Assembly: GCA_951406725.2 (NCBI GenBank)
Contig: OX597830.1
Coordinates: 47,182,001-47,246,000, forward strand
Source of the DNA: Octopus vulgaris
Taxonomy: Eukaryota
Reading direction: 5' to 3'
DNA length: 64,000 nt
A program made the translations under genes and the position numbers. Below the pieces are notes generated by a model. That model was given only the letters and a program-made list of their open reading frames with translations, ran no database searches and had not been told where the DNA came from. The stretch's first letter is position 1; every line of letters begins with the position of its first letter. Below, piece by piece: positions 56,660-64,000 of the stretch.

Positions 56660-59129
56660 GTATATATTCATAACTGTATATAACTGTATAACTATTTATA
56701 ACTGCATTTAACTGATATGTATGTAAATATCTTAGAAATTCGCCCACGGTTCTCGATAACTTTATATGTTGTGATTGTACCATCTTCATCTGCCGGGGTT
56801 TATTTCTTTGGCATATATTCCAAGGCGAATGTTTTCACGATTATTCTGTCTCAGCCGGTGAGAGTCATTCTGTCAAGATGTGGCTAATGGACACGCCATA
56901 TTGGCCGCCCATGTAGCATTCAAGCTTTAATCTTTGTTTCAGTTTAATTTTTCTACTAGTTTCTCGTTGGCAGACGATGGGCCAAAACAGTAACTATCGA
57001 ACCTTCAAATTCTCTTTCATTTGAGAATCAAATATATTCCTGTTGTGTTTCACTGTCGCATTTATGCATCAGTTAGAAGTCCTTTAGTAGCTAAGCTTCG
57101 TTCATGGGCTTTATGTTTTATTATGTATTTTTTCTATTTCCTTGATTTCTTTTACTTGTATTTTATATATATATACACTCTAGCATATGTCTGTGTTTCT
57201 TTTAGTGACTGATATTTGCATTGAGTATTTATTTCTTTGCTATTATTTCTAAACTGGTTCAATTTTTTGCTTTTATCATATTTTGTAAATCCTTGAGGTA
57301 AGATGTCTGAGATTTTCTCTCGTAAGTGACCAGTCCATCTCTAAGGATTTTATATACGTACATATATACACACATACATACATACATACATACATACATA
57401 CATACATACATACATACATACATACATACATACATACATACATACATACATGCAAGCATACATACGTACATACATACATGCAAACACTTCAAATTCTGCC
57501 GAAGTCGACTTTGCCTTTCATCCATCGGGGTCGATAAAGTGAGTACCAGTGATAAACCGGGGTGCAATGTTATCGACTTCTTTGAAATTGCTGAGTTTAT
57601 GCCAAAATTTGAAACCAATATCTCAAAAAACATCAAAATTAATTATTGATCGTAAATAGACATACATTTTGTCTGAAGTTTCTTTTGTAAAATGTGTGAT
57701 GTTTTGTAATATTCTCGGAACCATTTCCCAAGTAGGTTTTATCACGGATTGGGCTCCAAGTTGCAAATAACAGTCCTAGATACAAACGATTTGAGACTCA
57801 AAGAGGGGATGATGTGGCTGATAACCTATGTACCATTTACACAATTCATCAACCGGGCACCATACTTGTGTATCCTAGTTCGTTAATAAATCAACTTTTT
57901 AACTATGACAAAGAAGTCCAGTTTCAATCTACCACTCCCATTTTACTTTTTTTCAAAATTTTCTGTATCTGTGTCAAATTTATTTTAAAATTCATTCTTC
58001 GATTAACCCCGACTCGTTCTTCGAGTAGTTTTAATTTAAAATGAAAATAAAAATTAAATCGATTAATCCAGCAAAGCAGTTAATGCCAAGAATTGATCAT
58101 TTTAAAACTTTCACAAAGAGTACTGGTTGCAGTTTGGTAATGAGAGGGGGAAAAAAACAACTGATAGTTTAAAGTTGTCTGTGTCTTCTTTTTAGATCAC
58201 GACAACAAAAGAGGTTAATACTTTCATAGAGATGAGAACGTAACCTCTATAAATCAGGGGTTTTACACATGTGCAAGAAATCGATGCTGATCTGAGTTGC
58301 TCGCTTTGCAAGAAAAAGCAAGCAAATCTTCCACAAATCATATCCTAGCATCTTGAAAAAATGTAGTCGAGACTCGATGTGTCTGAAAAAATTATTAATA
58401 AACACGAATGATATGAGTTGGTATACTTTTCAGAACTGACTTCGGGGTAAGTAGTAACAATTACAGCAACTACAAAAATATGAAAAGGTTTAAGGTTTGT
58501 CAAGATTAATATTTCCTCTATCATCCGTGAAATTAAAATGCTGTCAGTTTCAAAGTTGATCACTTTAATGAATTAAATAATGTGTTACTATTAATATTAG
58601 GCGTAAATACACAGGTTCTTGTCATTGGCAGCATTTTTATAACAAAATCTTTTTACAAAATGAGTCGAAATTATTAAAATCTAACAAACTTGCAATGACA
58701 AAATAATGTGAAAGCCTTAACAATTCACGACGAGTGACGTTGTTGTTGGACGGCGGCCATGATAGGGCACCACTTTGAAGTGCTTTAGTCGGTCATATTC
58801 CACCATCCATTCTTGCAAACAGAACGGTCTGTATCAGAAGAAATGGTGTGAACTAAGACCGAAACTATCTGTTTTATGCCATGGATTAGAATTTAAGGCA
58901 TTTCGTCTTTTCTTTCACACGAAATAATTCATAATTTATATGAATATTTGTTGAGCATTTTGGTGAAAATATATCTCGTTTAGACAAGTTAAGCTGTATC
59001 CTGTGCAGTAGAGGGTCAGTCCGAGCACGCATCGGATTGATCGGCCACAGCCAGAGACACCTTCGGTCATCATCGACAACAACGACGGATGAGCTAATAT
59101 ATATATATTAGCTGTATATATATATATTT

Positions 59130-59170
<41 letters not shown>

Positions 59171-59320
59171 CGAGTGAGTAGACAAACCAAAGAAGGGCAT
59201 TCAACAAATTTATTTGGAGTTATATGTAAGGATCACAATATATATATATATACGAGTGAGTAGACAAACCAAAGAAGGGCATTCAACAAATTTATTTGGA
59301 GTTATATGTAAGGATCACAA
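59171..59320. repeat. Exact 68-bp direct duplication separated by a TA tract
   Basis: 59171-59238 is identical to 59253-59320. Confidence 0.92.
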
Positions 59321-59452
59321 CAGTTTGATTCAAATTCGTTGGTACACTTGAGTTTCAAGCGCAATGTTAGTCGTCAGCCATATTGAATTTGAATACATAC
59401 ATACATACACACACGCACACACACACACATGCACACACACACACGCGCACAC

Positions 59453-59536
<84 letters not shown>

Positions 59537-59537
<1 letters not shown>

Positions 59538-59910
59538 ACAAAGTGGAATTGTAAGGTACCGCACGAGTGGAATTATATATGAAAGAAGGTTTGAAAATGC
59601 AATTTTAAAAGATGTTTATTTACTTTACCGGGTTCACTTTTTTTAGAAAAAGATTGTCAAAAGTAAAATGTAAAAACGTGGTTGTGTTAGTTACTGGTTG
59701 TCACAAAATACTACAATACATATATACATTCTTTGATAACAAGAACATGTTAAGAACAGTTTAGAAGGGAAAATCTTGGGAAAATATAAAAAAGTTTAAG
59801 TTCATCATTTTCAAACCTTCTTTCATATAGATAAACCCTTATTTTTAGTCGTAAAAAAATTTTACCTATGTATGGTATTTATTCCCATGCTGGCCACTTG
59901 ATAATACCGA
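59537..59910. mobile_element. Probable MITE with long decayed TIRs
   Basis: Perfect 24-bp inverted repeat at 59576-59599 / 59806-59829, with weaker outer similarity. Confidence 0.6.
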
Positions 59911-59956
59911 TATTTAAATATCGATATCATCCTTATTTATAAATTTATATATGTAA

Positions 59957-59987
<31 letters not shown>

Positions 59988-60470
59988 CATACATACATAC
60001 ATACATACATACATACATACATACATGTTCACATGTATATATACTTACATTTATGTACGTATATATGAATAATTGGCGACGTGAAAGTTGGAGTAACGAT
60101 TCGGAAAGCTTCAGCTTATAAGGCACATCCACTGTTTTATGTATTTGACTACTTTTTTCCTTCGTTGTAAACACTCGCACACACCAAACCGCATTTCCTT
60201 AGGCTCACTGAAATAATATCTCTAAAACATGCACACACACATACATACACATACACACAAATATACATATATGCTCACACACATATATATTATATATCAC
60301 ATTTACATACATATATTAGACACAAATATATATATGTACATGTATGTATGTGTGTGTCAGTGTGTGTACTTCTATATATAGATACATACATATATATATA
60401 TATATATAATTATATATATGTATATATATATATAGAGATAGATAGATAGATAGATAGATACATACATACA

Positions 60471-60551
<81 letters not shown>

Positions 60552-60634
60552 ATATTTATATATATGTGTGTATATATATGTTTGTGTATGTATACATATA
60601 TATAAAATTATATATATGTATGTATATATATGTT

Positions 60635-60679
<45 letters not shown>

Positions 60680-61024
60680 GTAATGGATTTAACTTGCATT
60701 TAATATATTTATTATTCCAAGCTTCAAGATAATTAACACTTAATTGGTAAGAAACTGCTTCCAGAAAGCATTTATGCTAAACTTTTCAGAGATATCTATA
60801 TCATGTAGTTCTGAGTTATATCATTTGATTTTAAGTTATATTAAGTGAAATCGTATATCTCTACTACTAATGCGTTGTTGCACTTTGCTGGGGTGTATTT
60901 AGATGTAGAGAGGATAAATTTGGATTTTGTAGAAATTCGAACTCAATCTTTACACCTCATGTCCTAAATTTCCTGTCGCCACTTTGTGTGTGCGCGTGTG
61001 TATGAGTGTGCATATATATATATG

Positions 61025-61121
<97 letters not shown>

Positions 61122-61320
61122 TTACACACAGGACGTCAGGAAACGTGTACAGCAAAAAAGTACGAAGCACGAGTACAGGGAGCATGAACTATTCTTTCGA
61201 ACAACGAAAGACACAAATGGAAATTGTTAATGTTTGAAATACGGGACTAGAAAAACAGCCAACAACTGATGAAGGGTCGTTCTTTATGTTGTTTTGTCTT
61301 GCTTTCAATTTGTGTCTTTC

Positions 61321-61724
61321 AAAGTGGCAGTTGAATGTTGCTACTAGTTTAACCCCGGGTAGATTCTCCGCCAGCTGGTTATCGGCGCAACGCTCTGCAC
61401 TCTGTTTTATACAATATATCGTTAGTTGGGGGAGCGACCCCTACTACCCTCCGGCAGCTAACAGGATCGCGAAACTGTTTCAGTTTGGAGCTATTTGGCT
61501 CATTATCAGTCGCGAGTACCTGCGCACTGAAGGGATAGCTAAGATCTGCTAGCGCTAACGATATATCGGAAAGAAAGTGACCATTGGTCAGTAATTTGCA
61601 ACAAGCAAGATAGCTAGTTATAAAATTTCAAGAAGCGATAGAGCGTGCAGTGCGTTGCACTGATAACCAGCTGGTGGATAATCTGCCTGGGGTTAAACTA
61701 ATAGTAACATCCAATTGCCATTTT
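61321..61724. repeat. Old diverged inverted repeat (about 61321-61402 / 61638-61724) enclosing a degenerate HHR (-, 61467-61515)
   Basis: Opposite-strand ORFs give KWQLNVATSLTPGRFSASWLSAQR versus [24 protein letters not shown]; reverse spacer tcgcga CTGATAA t gagc caaata gctc caaact GAAA cag TT tcgcga. Confidence 0.75.
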
Positions 61725-61738
61725 GTTTTGGCGACTGG

Positions 61739-61794
<56 letters not shown>

Positions 61795-62034
61795 TTATGT
61801 GTGTGTGTATACATGTATATATACATATATATATATACATATATATATACAAATATTCTATAATTATAAGGATAATTATAATCAGGGGTCAGCTAATTGC
61901 TTCACCACGCACCGAATTTAGAAATAGGAGTTAAAATGCCTTTTCTACTACCATAAAGATCTCCCAGACAGTAACACACTTCTTTTTATACGTAGGCAAA
62001 AAGAAAAAATAACGAATCCACACGACTACACATA

Positions 62035-62339
62035 CAGTGATACCTCACTTTACGAGGTCCCGCTTTACGAACCTCCGGGTTTACGAGTTTTATTTTTCAA
62101 GGACAAGATCCAAATTTGGAACAAGGTGCAAAGTTTCTACTACCATAAGGAATGCTTTTGCATGTTACTGAGAAATTTATAGAGAGCGGAAAAAAAAGCT
62201 TCTACTAAGCAAAGAGCTCTTGACTTATTTTTTAAAAAGAAATCTACAAGTCCGCCTACGAGTGCTTGTGAATCGGCGATCACGTCTACAAGTGATGGTG
62301 GGCGCGAGTCTAGTGCGAGTGAACGTGATTCAGAAAGTG
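62035..62339 (+). mobile_element. Tigger/pogo-derived deletion remnant
   Basis: TA followed by a cagtgatacctcactttacga TIR-like start; NAFACY*EIYRERKK..KQRALD resembles the Tigger transposase C-terminus. Confidence 0.65.
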
Positions 62340-62743
<404 letters not shown>

Positions 62744-63584
62744 ATTTCTTTTATTATAAATGATCTTCATGTTCTTTTTATTTTGCATAAAATATTCATT
62801 ACATTCTTCTGTTGTTTTATTGCCATTTATTTACAAGTATTACACATTTTATAGATAAACTGTTTTTCTGGGAACGAATTACGATTTATAACATTGCTAC
62901 AACGGTAAATTATCGCTCTGCTTTACGAGTTTTCGCTTTACAAAGGTCTCCGAAAACAAATCAATTCGTATATCGAGGCATTACTGTATATACATGTGTG
63001 TGTGTGTGTGTATGTGTGTGTGTAGACGCATTTGAACGGGTGTGGCTATATAAGGATGATTTGTAATACATATATGTGCGTGTGAGCCTGTGTCTGTGTG
63101 TATATATGCGAACGTGTGTGAATGTGTGTAGAGGGGGAAGGAGGGGAAAAGAGATCCAGCGGTTGATAGGAAAATAGTCTTTAAACCATACTTTTAACTC
63201 AACAGTATCCTAGGCTGTAAATCCTTAAAGCCGAAAGTACCGTCAATAGTCAGGGTTCATTGTTGAGTGGAGTGGCAGTGGTACAGAATTAGCTTTTGCT
63301 TCATTAGCATGTAACTCTGCTTCCTTTGATGGTAAGCTAACGAAGTCAACCCTACACCTGTTAGCTCAGTTAAGCGACTGAAGGGACAAGTTTTCTATGA
63401 AGCGCCATCACTTTAACAGACGTAATCTTTCTGACGAGCGCGATAGACTGAAACGATGGTAAATAATCACAAATATACTCACATGTTCCTTGTCGTTTCT
63501 CTTATTGTACGCAGCTCTGTAGAGACATTTAGGAACAGCAACGTTTACCGTGCTTATATACGATTGCCGTTTTATTTTATCTAT

Positions 63585-63672
<88 letters not shown>

Positions 63673-64000
63673 GTGTATGTGTTTTGTATGTTTGTGCACG
63701 TTTTTTTATTGATTTTTCGAAGTTTCTCTATTTCCAGGTTCCTTTTCCTTTATTTGCAATTAATTTACAAGTTGTAACGTTTCTGCTACTTTATACGCTC
63801 TTGTGTATTTATCCATGAATCCTGTTCTGTGCCGTACACTTACGTAAGCAGGGGCGCACAAAATTACTCAGATACATGCATTTGAACGCGCAAATTACAA
63901 AGTAAATTTGATAAAACAAATGAACACTCTATTGACCAACTTAATGTTGAACCATTCATTAACTCAATTACATGTTATATACACGCATACGTAAGAGTGT

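Noticed and set aside
57800-58350. piggyBac-like transposase traces on - (KMGVVD, ATSTL)
   Set aside because: Too few and too degenerate motifs; no TIR or TTAA ends seen.

Overview
Eukaryotic, AT-rich, extremely microsatellite-rich (TA, CA, TACA, TAGA, TAA, TAG) non-coding DNA. The SINE families and repeat make-up look like an octopus/coleoid cephalopod genome (inference). Almost all ORFs in the track are microsatellite artefacts. One clear host exon is present: a minus-strand S1 (trypsin/chymotrypsin-like) serine protease exon at 46734-46914 (IIGG...CGATLI...LTAAHC). The rest is mobile DNA: three mariner copies, Tigger/pogo remnants, a hAT MITE, three non-autonomous Helitrons, CR1-like, RTE-like and R4/Dong-like LINE fragments, at least three tRNA-derived SINE families, and Penelope-like element (PLE) RT remnants. 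The most striking signal is a series of fold-back cassettes embedded in (TA)n tracts (about 7.0, 31.2, 35.8, 36.3, 43.7, 47.2 and 61.3 kb). Most carry minimal type I hammerhead ribozyme (HHR) motifs. The best example (43652-44592) is a 362-nt, hairpin-rich, non-coding unit with an intact U3-A8 variant HHR. It is inserted as two head-to-head, longer-than-unit, differently permuted copies, and is a candidate retrozyme/circular-RNA mobile element probably mobilised by PLEs.
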